Part shown: piece by piece, positions 45,540 through 57,151 of the stretch
Position numbering within the stretch: the stretch's first letter is position 1
Layout: the number at the start of each line of letters is the position of its first letter
Assembly (NCBI GenBank): GCA_000004985.1
Contig: GG738849.1
Reading direction: 5' to 3' (one strand)
DNA: 64,000 nt
DNA from: Naegleria gruberi
Taxonomy: Eukaryota
Program-made: the position numbers and the translations under genes
Notes under the pieces: model-generated
What the model was told of the DNA's origin: nothing
The model's database searches: none
What the model saw: only the letters and a program-made list of their open reading frames with translations

Positions 45540-47513
45540 TTAATGTTGATAACCTTGTGAGAGCGGTTGGGTTAATGTTGTTTCTCCTGATGTTAATTTG
45601 TAGCTTGTTCCTAATTGATATGGATTCGATTCGGATTGACTTGAATCTTCCTCTGGTTCTACTTGCTTGTTTCTTCCACTCTTTTTGGTAATATAGTCCT
45701 GATATTTCTGTAGAGTAGCATCCTTGATACATGGACAGAATATTTGTCTAAATTCTGCATTTGGTGTCATTTGATAAATGATACCACTAGCCAATAAACA
45801 CATACTTAAATCCAATGTATTGAAATTCACACTTCTATAAAATAAACCAAACACAACTTGACTAGCTCCATATTCAATGATAATGAAAATTATTTCAATT
45901 AGAACAATAGCATTGGTTACCATCAAGAACATGACAAACTTGGTAAATTTGATTTGGAAAATTGATAAATTATTTGCAATCTTGAGTTTAAAATACAGTT
46001 TGGCTCCAAACAAGATGAAGAGAATGGTGAAGAAAATGGTAGAGGCTGCAGTAAGTGTAAAGAATGTCAAGTTAAATGTTTTGGTAAAACCTCTAATTGG
46101 ACTAGATTGAAGACCAGTATAAACAAATGGTAAAATTGAAAGTCCTAAAACAAATAAATAGAATAAACCTAGAGTAATTTTCAAACCAATGTGAACTTTG
46201 ATAGAATCTGTTGAAGTTCTCATTGATCCTAATAGTAAATTTAGCCACATGACTAGAATGGAGAATAGGGCAGAAATTAACCACAATAAACTCAATGATC
46301 TAAAGAATCCAGCACCTATAATTTCAATTTAATAAGTGTGAATGATAAAATAAAATTACTTACCAACTTTTGTCTTGGTTTCAAAAACACTAATGACAGC
46401 AAAATTCAAACCATTTTCAATGGCCAAAAACAAAAAGTAAAAGAATATCATAATGATAATGATCCAACTCAAAGAGAATATTTCCTCAAAAATAGCTTTT
46501 GGATAGGAGGTGAGATTAAACTTCATCTTGTGAGAAATCTTTTTGACATTTCTATAAGCAAGTGGAATGACATTACAAACAATAGTGGCAATGGCAAGCA
46601 ATGTTGGTACAATGAATGCAATAATTGGGTAGGCTTTGAAAGTGAATGGAATAAAATTTGTTGAAAAGTAATCACACTTGAAACCATAATCGTTACCTCC
46701 ACAATAGCAAATCCATGGATACGTATCATCTGAATCAAGTAATGAATGTCCGTGTACTAGTGGTGCTTGAATTGAATTCTTTGGAATTTCAGTTCCATAA
46801 TTACAGAAATTTTTAGCAGTAACATATCTAAAAGGTGAAGGAGTAACTATTGTTGAAATATTTGAATGGAATTCATTAAAGTCAGGTCTAGAACAATATT
46901 GACAATAATTCATAATCCAAGCTAGTTCAGTCACTGCCTTGTTTCTTCCATTTTTTGAAGAGATGCCATAAGTTGAATTCAAGTATGAGAGTGTTGAATT
47001 GACAAGTTTTGGAAAATTGTCAACATATGCTTGATAACAAGAAGAAATTCCATATGTTTTGAAGAGTGTTTCCTTCACATACTTTTCATCACAAAGTTGA
47101 TATTCCTTTGTATCAAAAAACTTGTAGAAAACTGTGAAAAACACAGAATCTTCATATCTAAAAGCAAATGTATTTTCATCCCAAGCTGTAATAGATGAAC
47201 AAGATAATGCCTGTTGATTACCATTATTATTATTAATATTAACATATGTACAACCACTCCAGTCATCACTTGACAACACACTACTATTATTTAAAATTAC
47301 AATTAAACCAATCAATAAAACCAATGATTGAATTTGTTTCCGAAAGTCCTTCATCTTGATGATCATTCTATTGTTGTTGTTGTTGTTACTACTTCTCCCC
47401 GTCATCGGTTGTGTGTTTCTCTTAGGGCAGCAAGAGAGAGCAGGAGGAATTAATTTTACTCGAGTGAAGTAGTGGAATTTTTTAGAAAGTTGTTCTTTCA
47501 AAGTACCAACCAC
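45540..47513 (-). CDS. 7TM receptor-like protein with a Cys-rich ectodomain. This is tandem paralogue B, in two exons.
   Basis: ORFs 46356..47513 and 45540..46295 join via GTT G|GTAAGT...TATAG (about 46355..46304), giving '...VGAGFFRSLSLLWLI'. It is colinear with paralogue A, sharing 'CQYC.R.DF', 'KCDYFST.FIPFT.(R/K)AYPII' and 'NLSIFQIKFT...FGLFYRSVNFNTLDLSM'. Confidence 0.5.
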
Positions 47514-47830
47514 TCACTCAGATCAAGAGAGAGATTACGATCACACAGAATGTTCAATATGAAACACTGACACGGTTGAATAAGGAAGAAAAACCAAAAG
47601 AGTGTTTATTTAATTTTTTTTAAATTTTTAAAAAAACAAAAAGATCTTGTTGGAAGAATTCTTGTTTGTACATTAAGAGTTGTTCTCTTGCTTGGTGAGA
47701 AAAAGAAACAGGAGGTTCTGTTCTTCTCGTACTCTGATTAATCTAAGATAAACGGTTATTTTGTAGTTGGAATCTATTTTCCGATTATTATTATTATTTT
47801 GTGATTATAATTGTATTGATTGAATAATTA

Positions 47831-48754
47831 ATGGGTTCATCATCCTCTTTAGAAGAGGTTAATAATTCTGAAAAACATCAACAACAACAACATGTAAATA
47901 TACCAGATAATATTGGACAGTTTTTATGCGATGTAAATTTAATTAATTATTTATCTATCAACTTTTTGTATAACAGACGTTTTTACTTATATTTCCTTGT
48001 GATGAACAGGGATTTCTACGAGAATGTAAAGGAGGAACAAATGAAATATATTCCACAAAATTATTTAAATGTAAATTTATATCGTGTATATTATGATGAT
48101 AATGTTAGCGGAAACACTTTGGAAGATCATAGGAAAATGTTATTAAATAATGGTGGTAATGGTGGTACTATTGATCATTCTCAACAAACCAGTTTTATTC
48201 TACCTGATTTAGTGGTTAATAATTCGGAAATTACAAGACAATGGAAAATACTGAATCTTAAATTATTCTATCAGTTTTTTGAAAGAGCCAAGAATGATTG
48301 TCATGTTCATCAATTAATAACAAAGGAACAAAGTAAGAAATTTGAGAGAAACGATCAAGAAAATAAGAGAATTACTATTTCACTTTCATCAACAGTATTG
48401 GATCCAAATTTACCGGAAAAAGTGGCCCAAGAATTGGCAAGCCCTACAACACAAGTTGACCATACTGATTCTACATTTGATGAAAATTTATGTTGCATTT
48501 GTTTGGATGCTCCCATTTCAATAACAACAGGTTGTTGTAATGCTCAATTTTGTGAGAGATGTCTTACTGATTGGAATAAGAAGAATACAACTTGTCCTAT
48601 GTGTCGAAAACCTTTGGATGTCAATAATAGAGAGGAACAATCCGATGCATGGGTTACTATTCAGAAGGAAGATTTCATTCTCCCTAGAGAAGAGGTTGCC
48701 AATCAGTTTATTAGATTTGTTAGTATCAAATTGAACCATACTATTCTGTGGTAA
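47831..48754 (+). CDS. RING-type zinc-finger protein
   Basis: A 307-aa ORF whose C-terminal 'CCICLDAPISITTGCCNAQFCERCLTDWNKKNTTCPMCRKP' is a RING-like cross-brace. Confidence 0.45.
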   Translation: MGSSSSLEEVNNSEKHQQQQHVNIPDNIGQFLCDVNLINYLSINFLYNRRFYLYFLVMNRDFYENVKEEQMKYIPQNYLNVNLYRVYYDDNVSGNTLEDHRKMLLNNGGNGGTIDHSQQTSFILPDLVVNNSEITRQWKILNLKLFYQFFERAKNDCHVHQLITKEQSKKFERNDQENKRITISLSSTVLDPNLPEKVAQELASPTTQVDHTDSTFDENLCCICLDAPISITTGCCNAQFCERCLTDWNKKNTTCPMCRKPLDVNNREEQSDAWVTIQKEDFILPREEVANQFIRFVSIKLNHTILW

Positions 48755-48881
48755 TCAAGTATAATATAACAATAACGAATTTTCACTTGTGTGGTGAAAA
48801 TTATTTGTAAAGTGTGGTTCCTTTGAGTTCGTTTTTTGAAATCAAGCACAGTTGAACTTTCTAATCTAAAATTAAAAAAAA

Positions 48882-50468
48882 ATGCGCAACTTTCTGCAGC
48901 GAATTTTCAATTTTTCTCAACCAAGTACCTCTGATTGCTCTGGTGATGTGGAAGCTCACTCCAATACTCTTCCAACAAGTAGTACTAGTAACAACGATAA
49001 CAACAACAACAACACAATTATTACAAGTAGTAAAAAATCAAAAAAATCATCAACAACAGGAATGTGTAACCATATAGTTGCTGATCGTTTGACTCACGTG
49101 GCCAGAATTACTGAATCCTATAGGAAGATTCATTACTATCCTCAAACAACATCTAATTTTTTCTTCGTACTGAGAAATACTTCATATTCTCCAAACACTA
49201 TGATTGGTAGTGATGGTTATATTACTCCAGAATCATTTGATAAGGTTTTACTTCCAAACGATTTCATTGGAATCAGTCAAATTTTATGTGTCTCATCAAA
49301 GATTTATGTTTTGGAAGAGGGAACAGGAAGAGTTTGTGTATTTGATGGAATTTCAATGCTTGGATTTATGAACCCATTCGATGGTACTAAATTGAAAGTA
49401 GTTGCAATTAGAGGAGATACATATGGTATGCTATTTTGGGTCTATGACACTGAGAAAGATTGTTTCCTATTGTACGGTGGTGATCAAAATCACTATGATA
49501 ATGTTGGTGCAGCTATTAATGATCCAATGACTGCTGTTTTGGCATACGATCCAAGTACTGATCGTTCTAGTACTAAAATCATTACACACGTTGAATGTGC
49601 CTATTCCTTGAGTTTTTGTGTCACTAATGGAGTTGAAATTAGATGTTCAGGTCAAATTATTTGGTGTCGGTAAGTATTTTATTTTGATTCATATTCATAT
49701 ATTGAAATAATATTTAAAAACAGTCCAAATAACACATCAACAACATGGGATAGTATTGTTTTTACAACAAGGGCTCCTATAATAGATTTACAAACACACA
49801 GGTTTGTTTTTGAATATATTTGAAAATATTGACTAATATCAAAAAATAGTTTTGGATTTGTTTCTTTATTGTCGGATTCGACTGTTTGTGTTGGAGGATC
49901 TAATAATCATTACGAATCAATGCATGATACTGTTGGAAGTTATCTCGATATTCGATACATTACTGGATTGAGCTATGTACCGAAACAAATCTTTGCATCA
50001 AATTATTCTACAATTGTAAAAACAACAGAGGATAAGTTTGTGGAATATGGTAGAGGTTTTGCAAATGGAAATGCTCAAACTGGAGCTGAGGGAACGCCTT
50101 TCCAAATCATTTCTCCAAATTTTGATATTGTAAAAAATTTGCAAATGGACCAAATTTATTTGAAAGGTGGAATGATTATTTCGTTTGAAGAATCACCAGA
50201 TCCTAGATTTATCTATACAGAAGGTGGAGTTAATGGAGTAGTGAAGTTGTCCAAGTTATTTTCACCATCAATCGTTGTTGGTGGTAGAGTACATTGTGCT
50301 GCCAATACAAGCTATTTTGTGTTTTATGAAGGAATAGAGAAGGGAATGAATTTGGAAATGGGACGTAAATTATTTGAAATTGCATCTAGAGAAGACAAAC
50401 CTTTATGTGATATATTAATTTGTGCTAGAGATGTTAGTTATATTTCCTATGCTGATGAGACTGATTAA
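48882..50468 (+). CDS. Three-exon gene of unknown function, about 495 aa
   Basis: Exon 1 is 48882..about 49671 (donor CG|GTAAGT). Exon 2 is about 49735..49798 (acceptor AAAACAG, donor AG|GTTTGT). Exon 3 is about 49849..50468 (acceptor AAATAG). The frame is maintained across all junctions ('...WCR PNNTSTTWDSIVFTTRAPIIDLQTHR SFGFVSLLSDSTVCVGG...'). Confidence 0.4.
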
Positions 50469-50496
50469 TAATTGTAATATAAATATACTTGAAAAT

Positions 50497-53400
50497 TTAT
50501 TTCAATACCGAAGCAATTCTAGTTCCCATCATTAAACCATTGCCCAGACCTAGTTCATAATCAATTTCAAAATCACTTACAACTCGTTTATCCAACATTT
50601 GTTCAATGAAAGAGCTGCTTTCTTCTTCATTGGTAGCATCAAGTAGGAAAGTATTAGAAATAATAAGTGATCTAATATTTGGAGTGGCAAACGAAAAATC
50701 CAAGTATTTAGAAATAATGGTTAATGCATAATTATGCTCAGAAGAACCTTCTTTCAAACCAAGTCTTGGATTAAGAATACTCATCTCATTCTTGTTCAAT
50801 TTTGTTTGGGTAAGCTCTGAGAAGTCTTCTTGATTGGTACTTCTTCTTGTTATTCCCAAATCAATGCTGGATCGTTTTGAAAGATTTTCTTGCTTGATTA
50901 GGAATGACCCACTTTTCACTTTTTCCAAGAAAATATCCTTATGTGTAAATATCAAGTATGGAACACATTTAGGATTGTTAAGTAAAATATTAGACATTAG
51001 CTCGTGGAAGTAAATTATGGATTGGGCAAGACTCTTCACATCATCTTGATCTTCTCCATTTTCACTTGAGGATATTGTTAACTCTGGTGGCATGTCGTAA
51101 TTAGAAATATTTACAGTATAGAACACTACATCATATTTTGATTTGTTCCTCATTCTCCATTGTTGAATGAATCTTTCTTTGGATCCTCTCGAAACAGTTA
51201 TTGTACATTTTTGACCTGCCAAATAAAATACATCTGTTAACAAGTTGACAGTCGTGTAGGTTTTTAAGAATACAGGAAAACTTATTTTAGGAACTATTGT
51301 GTTCTTTCTTGGTGATTGCAAATAAATAGAGGCAAAATTGTTTTTGTGAACTTGATCCAAATATTCCATCAAATAGTACAAGTTCTGTAACTTGCTGCTG
51401 TTCTCCGATTTGAGATAATTTTCATTCCAAATTTCTTTCATTTCCTTATTAGTCCAATGATTTTGTAGAGTAATGATAATTTCCTCATTCAATAATCTTA
51501 TCGTGGATTGAATATCAGCTTTCAATACTTGAATACACCATGTATATAAATTCTTGGATTCTGAATCAAGATCTGAAACACGATCCATTAAATCTTCCTC
51601 TATATTTCGATTTTCATCATTTTGGTTGTTAATTTTAAATGATGTAGAGTTTGTTGAATTTCTAGGACTGTCAATTCCTCGTAAAGTGAGAGTTGCCGAC
51701 TTTTTCTTGGTTATTATTGATGATCTGTGTGGTTCTATATTTTTTGCCTTAAGTTGAACATTTCTCAGCTCTAAAATCTTTTTCCATGCTGATGCTATCG
51801 ATTTCACATAATAGTTGAACATTAAAGATGGAGAGAGGACCTTATCTCCAGTTGGGTTGCTTTCTCTTCTCTGAATAATTTTCACCATGTGATTGAATAT
51901 TGTACTTTTTGAACTTGGTCCAACTCCATAAAATCCAAATCGAATATTTGTGACTGGCGTAATGAATTTACCAAATATTTTTGTCAACTTGTCCCAAATA
52001 TCATCATCATGTTTAAACGAAATAACGCAAGAGTCTTCCAATAGTTGAGTTTTTCTTCCATGAGATACAGATTCATCTTCTAGAAATCTATTAGTTACAG
52101 TTTCGAGGAGCTTCTTCCTAGATTTGGGTGGCACAAAGATCATTTCTTTTGGTGAGGAGGCACTTCTTCTCCTTGAAATATTTGAAGCACTTAATAGTGT
52201 AGATGTTCCAGTAATTATGGAAGGATGAGAAGATGTTTTGGTAATCATGGAACTCTCTGAGGTAATCTGAAGAGTTAGTGAAGCACCAACTGGTTCTAAA
52301 TTTTCATTGGTGAGAAATATTTTGGAAATGTCCTTCTGGAATGATTTTAAATCATCGTCTGCCTGACATGACTCTACTCCAGATCCAAAAGATGGCATTC
52401 TTGTGATGGCAGGAGAGGAGCTTAGTGCCATATCAGCCTTACTACCAATTAAAATAATAGGACATGATTTGAATCGTTCATCTTGATTTAATCTTCTCCA
52501 ATCTGACATTGTATTCATTGCTAATCTATATTTTGACTGATCTACAAAAAATTCATACAGTGAAAATACAAAGAATATCATATCTATCTTCTTGTTACCA
52601 TTCAATTCAAATAAATTCATTGCATTAATCATTTCATCCAAATTTTCACATTCCACAATATTAATAGTATTACCCTTGTATTTAATAAAGGTATGTTCAG
52701 TTTTAGAGGTTGAAATCACATCTCCTATAATTTTATCAGATGCCAGTAAGAGTCTATAATCTGAATTTCTATTAATATTCATTTCTTTGATAGTATTTCT
52801 ATAGGAAAGTATTTGTAAAAAGTTAGACAAGAAAGGAAGTTCCAAACCATCAACTTTGAGAAAGTCTTGAACTGTGAATAGTTTCATAGAGGAATTTCTG
52901 AATGAATAGGATTTTTTTGCTGAGAATTTCTTATTGGAAGAAATATTTAAATGGGAAAGTAACTGTTTCAATTGTACTAGTGTTGGAATCTCTTCAAAAT
53001 TGACATTGGCTTCATGTCTCTGATCCCAAACTGTTAGTTTAAATATTTGATGTTGTTTGGCCAATTCGTAGAATCCTTCAAATCTAACATCTTCTGGCTC
53101 ACTATTAGCAATTCTTTCCACAATATCAAGATATTCATTATCTGAATCTTGAACAAATTCTTCCCATCCCAATATCTTTTTTAAAGGTGGAGGAAAAAGA
53201 AACTTGTTAATAGTATCTGGATGATACAATATCAGTAAAGTTTCCAATTCTAATTGCCACGCAAAATATTGTAAAATCCTAAAAGCCATAATTGATTTTG
53301 AATCCACACTCTCCAATTCTTGAATATTCTCAAAGGAGGGTGATTTCTTTCCAGTTGTTGGTGAATAGGATCTGAAATTGTTGATGAATTGTGATAATTT

Positions 53401-54099
53401 CGAAGAGCTTTGTGCAACATTCAATGATGAAGTAGAGACTGATTGCGAATTGGTAGTTTCCGATTGTTGTCTTGGTGATGAAGATAATGATCGATAGGTT
53501 TCCGTTCCACTCGAAGTCAATGCACACTCATCAGTGGTAGAGGATGAAAATTTCCAACTAGATTTTCTTGGTGTAATATTGGAGCTACTAGTTGAGCTGC
53601 TATCAAGTAATTTTGGTGAAGGAGGTTGATTATACACCTCCGATTGATCCAACATTAACAAGACTCTACTCAATGATGATTTACCACTTCCTTTCCTTCC
53701 CACAACAAATACATGCTTATCCGATCGTTGAATAACATTTTGTTGATAGTAATTTTCATAATTATCTACCAGACCAGAAGAACTTAGTGTACTATTCGAT
53801 CTGGTAATATTTAAATAATTATTATTATTATTATTATTGATGTGATGATACTCGTTATTTCCGGTAGAAGAACTCCCACCGTTATTATTAGGTTCTGGAG
53901 TTTCATTTTTCTTTTTTAAAATGTTGAGGAGAGGAATGATACTTGGTTTCGTGGAAGATGAAGTGGAGGATTGTGTTGGTGAAATGTCAATATTGATGAT
54001 GCCATCTTGGGATTCGTTCTTGGCAGGTTCAATGTCTGACATTTTTTTTAAAACATTGCCTGTCAAAGATTGAAAAAGGAACTTACTCCATTGTTGCAA
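50497..54099 (-). CDS. Large Ser-rich protein of 1200 aa with two tandem, degenerate G-alpha-like GTPase domains
   Basis: The C-terminal domain has 'FYGVGPSSKSTIFNHMVKII' (G-alpha LLGAGESGKSTIVKQMKII), 'VSRGSKER' where DVGGQRSER is expected, 'VVFYTVNISNYD' (IIFCVALSDYD) and 'LIFTHKDIF' (ILFLNKKDLF). The N-terminal domain has 'VVGRKGSGKSS', '...TVWDQRHE...', 'IFFVFSLYEF' and 'ILIGSKADM'. Confidence 0.5.
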   Translation of the reverse strand: MQQWSKFLFQSLTGNVLKKMSDIEPAKNESQDGIINIDISPTQSSTSSSTKPSIIPLLNILKKKNETPEPNNNGGSSSTGNNEYHHINNNNNNNYLNITRSNSTLSSSGLVDNYENYYQQNVIQRSDKHVFVVGRKGSGKSSLSRVLLMLDQSEVYNQPPSPKLLDSSSTSSSNITPRKSSWKFSSSTTDECALTSSGTETYRSLSSSPRQQSETTNSQSVSTSSLNVAQSSSKLSQFINNFRSYSPTTGKKSPSFENIQELESVDSKSIMAFRILQYFAWQLELETLLILYHPDTINKFLFPPPLKKILGWEEFVQDSDNEYLDIVERIANSEPEDVRFEGFYELAKQHQIFKLTVWDQRHEANVNFEEIPTLVQLKQLLSHLNISSNKKFSAKKSYSFRNSSMKLFTVQDFLKVDGLELPFLSNFLQILSYRNTIKEMNINRNSDYRLLLASDKIIGDVISTSKTEHTFIKYKGNTINIVECENLDEMINAMNLFELNGNKKIDMIFFVFSLYEFFVDQSKYRLAMNTMSDWRRLNQDERFKSCPIILIGSKADMALSSSPAITRMPSFGSGVESCQADDDLKSFQKDISKIFLTNENLEPVGASLTLQITSESSMITKTSSHPSIITGTSTLLSASNISRRRSASSPKEMIFVPPKSRKKLLETVTNRFLEDESVSHGRKTQLLEDSCVISFKHDDDIWDKLTKIFGKFITPVTNIRFGFYGVGPSSKSTIFNHMVKIIQRRESNPTGDKVLSPSLMFNYYVKSIASAWKKILELRNVQLKAKNIEPHRSSIITKKKSATLTLRGIDSPRNSTNSTSFKINNQNDENRNIEEDLMDRVSDLDSESKNLYTWCIQVLKADIQSTIRLLNEEIIITLQNHWTNKEMKEIWNENYLKSENSSKLQNLYYLMEYLDQVHKNNFASIYLQSPRKNTIVPKISFPVFLKTYTTVNLLTDVFYLAGQKCTITVSRGSKERFIQQWRMRNKSKYDVVFYTVNISNYDMPPELTISSSENGEDQDDVKSLAQSIIYFHELMSNILLNNPKCVPYLIFTHKDIFLEKVKSGSFLIKQENLSKRSSIDLGITRRSTNQEDFSELTQTKLNKNEMSILNPRLGLKEGSSEHNYALTIISKYLDFSFATPNIRSLIISNTFLLDATNEEESSSFIEQMLDKRVVSDFEIDYELGLGNGLMMGTRIASVLK

Positions 54100-54197
54100 C
54101 TCATTAAAATATCAGTAAATTTTATCTGATGAAGAAAGTAAGAAATATTTAACTTCACATATAGGGTTTGTTATTGACAGAAGAAATGGTGTCATTC

Positions 54198-57020
54198 TTA
54201 ACTATTTGAAGTACAAGTTCCCATAAATCTCTCAATCAATAACAAAATTGCTGGAAAGAGTGACAATACATTAAAAAGCAGAATACCTTGTCCCAGTATG
54301 ACGATATCAAAAAAGTACTTTTTCACCATCCTTATCTCATGGAATGCCAATGGAAATATACTAACAATAGTTGATAGAGAACAGATTAACAGAGGAAAGG
54401 CCAATAGTGTGTATGTCTTTTTTGTTCTCTTTGTTAGTAAGAATGCCCTTGTGATTTGAAACAGATATTCTGAAAACAAACCAATTTGGAGTGTGAAATT
54501 CATAATCGATAGACCATTAATTGGAATTCCCAATAATCTTAATCCAGCAATTAATTCAAGTACATTGATCAAAGTTAGAAAGCATGTAAGTATTGAGCAA
54601 ATTATAATGCTAATGAAAAGTGATAATTTCCCTTTTTTGATCATTGGAATTTCGAATAAAGATGTGACAAGTGTGGATATAATTGCTACAGATAGAATTG
54701 CAAGTGCAGATATAATTCCAACATTCAATGGATCACTTCCAAATGATTCAAATATCAAATCCATGTCATTGACAATAAATGAGTTTGAGCTCGTTAAACC
54801 AATGGCTGGATAATCACTTGCTATTTGTTTCATAAAAGCTGCATTTTCCTGTACGATTTCATTTGTAACTTGTGAATTTAAAACATTCTTATTTGAAAAA
54901 ACAATTCTGGCAGCTTTCACATCCTTCAACAATGGTTTGGAAATGACAAAACTTGCAAGATTACTAAACGTGTGGTGTTGTGTAAATTCATCCATCCATT
55001 CATTAAATAATTGAGGTGGGATTTTAAATTTGTTAGCTTTGTATTCATCTCTATGTGTGCTAATGAAAAACGTCCAAGTCTTGAAGTAAGAAAACCAATT
55101 GATTTGAGTTTTCATAAAAGGAGGAGGGGATTCAATGATCTTTTCAAGTAAATTAGCCATTGATGTAGATGAGAAATCTATCTGATCAGTTGAATTCTCC
55201 CTAACGTACATAACTAGATAACCAGGGTACTCCAAATCTCCATGATGTGCATGATAATTGTCTAGAAATGAAGTCAACTGAGATGATTTTGCATATAGAT
55301 CTGTCATTGCAAATGGTTCTTCATCAATTGTTGCAATTACAACTACAGAACAAATTAATAAACCAAGGGAAATTAAAATTATGAGAATGTGACTTGAGAA
55401 ATATTTGGGCTTTTCAAATACTATTTTAAATATTGAGTACATTATCTTTTCCACTTTACTACGTGGTATCTCTCCCTTTTGTTCTGTAATTGCTTGTTCT
55501 GTTTCTAATTGTGAAGATAGATGTTGCAAAATTTCTTCATTTTGAGGAGGAACGTTCTCCAGATTTGACAATTCTTCCTCTTCGTTGGTCCTTTGATTTG
55601 TATTGATATTTTGGTCTGTTTCTGGAATTGTTGCATATATTAATTGAATATTCCTTGTATTAAACTTATATTCTAACACTAGTAAAGGCGTAATTCCAAA
55701 TATGGCTGTGAAAAAAAGGAAAACAACAGAAAATAATGTTTGCCATGCAACACTAACATAATGTACCTTATGAAAACGTACAACATACCTAATAGCCATG
55801 GAAATAGGATGCTTCATCACAAATACCACAAAAAGTAAAATGCAACACATAACGGTAAGTGTAAAAATCAATGCAGACAAAACTTCTCTATAATACTTTG
55901 AGGAATTTTTAACAAACTTTCCAAAATTAGTTACATTTTCTTCTATTGGTTTCAACTCTTTCAAATATTCTCTATATCTATTGAAATAGGCCTGTAAAAT
56001 AAACAATCCATCAGAGCCAATTCCCACTAAAAATAAAGGAAGAGCTTGCGCACTGAGTGGATTCAAATTACAATTACACAAAATATTGGCAATACCAAAA
56101 GAGGAGAAAATATCCAATGAAATTAGGATAATACTAATAAATCCAACAAGAATTCTCATAATTATTGAATCGCTCCTTTCTCCTCTCATGAAAACAAGTG
56201 TAGCAACAACCATACCTAGAGTTATTGAAAAACTAATCAAAAACATTGGGCCCACACTCACAAAGGTTTCTGTAATATCTTCACTTAATGAATATTGACA
56301 ATTGAAAAATAATGAAACATTTCTAGGAGTAGAATCCGATTCTATATTCATAGACTTCATTTCTTGAATTTCCTGTTTCATGTTTTTTGTAAACTCTTTC
56401 TCCCAACTGATAATGTCATCTTCAAGGTCTGATACTAAAAGCGCATAATATTTAAATGATTTTGCACTTATAATAGTTGTTTTGATTGGGTTCCACTGTA
56501 CAGATCCCAAAATTGATTCAGCATTTAACAACTCACCATTTGCCAATTTTTTTGGAATTGACAAGGTTCTATGAATGTTCGAATCTTTCATTAAATTGGC
56601 AATATTATAGTTCCAAAAGGCCATAACATCAAGAGCCACGCATCCACTAGATGACATCCTCATGCAAATATCCTCAAACCTTATAATTTTCCCTTCTCTG
56701 TTTGTTGAATTCATTTCAGAAATTCGTGTAATTATTTCGTGAAAATATAAAATTGACTCTTTTGAAATAATGTCCTTCGAATTATCTTCATTCACTGCTA
56801 ATATGATAGTTGCAGCTCTCATATATTTATATTTGGGGAATAAGCTATTCATCAAACCTTTTTTTAATTTTGCAGGTGATGATGAATAGGTGAGGAGAGC
56901 GAATGGATCGGAATCAATTTTTAATTTCCACACACTCAAACCACAAGTTAAAAACAAGATGAATGAGCAAGTGAGAAGACAAGAGATTGGAAATTTTGCT
57001 GGAAGTGTAAGAATGGTCAT
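54198..57020 (-). CDS. Patched/NPC1/Dispatched-like RND-family membrane protein with a sterol-sensing-domain-like region
   Basis: A 940-aa ORF with about 12 TM helices in two bundles, each preceded by a loop. 'FLVGIGSDGLFIL' corresponds to the conserved GxGxDD/N motif of Patched-family proteins. Confidence 0.6.
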   Translation of the reverse strand: MTILTLPAKFPISCLLTCSFILFLTCGLSVWKLKIDSDPFALLTYSSSPAKLKKGLMNSLFPKYKYMRAATIILAVNEDNSKDIISKESILYFHEIITRISEMNSTNREGKIIRFEDICMRMSSSGCVALDVMAFWNYNIANLMKDSNIHRTLSIPKKLANGELLNAESILGSVQWNPIKTTIISAKSFKYYALLVSDLEDDIISWEKEFTKNMKQEIQEMKSMNIESDSTPRNVSLFFNCQYSLSEDITETFVSVGPMFLISFSITLGMVVATLVFMRGERSDSIIMRILVGFISIILISLDIFSSFGIANILCNCNLNPLSAQALPLFLVGIGSDGLFILQAYFNRYREYLKELKPIEENVTNFGKFVKNSSKYYREVLSALIFTLTVMCCILLFVVFVMKHPISMAIRYVVRFHKVHYVSVAWQTLFSVVFLFFTAIFGITPLLVLEYKFNTRNIQLIYATIPETDQNINTNQRTNEEEELSNLENVPPQNEEILQHLSSQLETEQAITEQKGEIPRSKVEKIMYSIFKIVFEKPKYFSSHILIILISLGLLICSVVVIATIDEEPFAMTDLYAKSSQLTSFLDNYHAHHGDLEYPGYLVMYVRENSTDQIDFSSTSMANLLEKIIESPPPFMKTQINWFSYFKTWTFFISTHRDEYKANKFKIPPQLFNEWMDEFTQHHTFSNLASFVISKPLLKDVKAARIVFSNKNVLNSQVTNEIVQENAAFMKQIASDYPAIGLTSSNSFIVNDMDLIFESFGSDPLNVGIISALAILSVAIISTLVTSLFEIPMIKKGKLSLFISIIICSILTCFLTLINVLELIAGLRLLGIPINGLSIMNFTLQIGLFSEYLFQITRAFLLTKRTKKTYTLLAFPLLICSLSTIVSIFPLAFHEIRMVKKYFFDIVILGQGILLFNVLSLFPAILLLIERFMGTCTSNS

Positions 57021-57073
57021 ACGATGATTCAGGTTAATTTTTTTTGTAATTAAGGCGATTGTTATTAATTTAA

Positions 57074-57103
57074 ATATTCATGTTTTTATTGTTTTTCTCA
57101 TAT
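57074..57103. repeat. Left copy of a ~24-30-bp direct repeat bracketing the subtelomeric calpain gene
   Basis: 'atattcatgtttttattgtttttctcat' recurs at 59497..59526 as 'atattttcatgtttttattgtttttctcat'. Confidence 0.6.
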
Positions 57104-57151
57104 GAAACTGTTAGTTTGTCAGTTCCTCTTCGCAGAATTATTATATAATAG

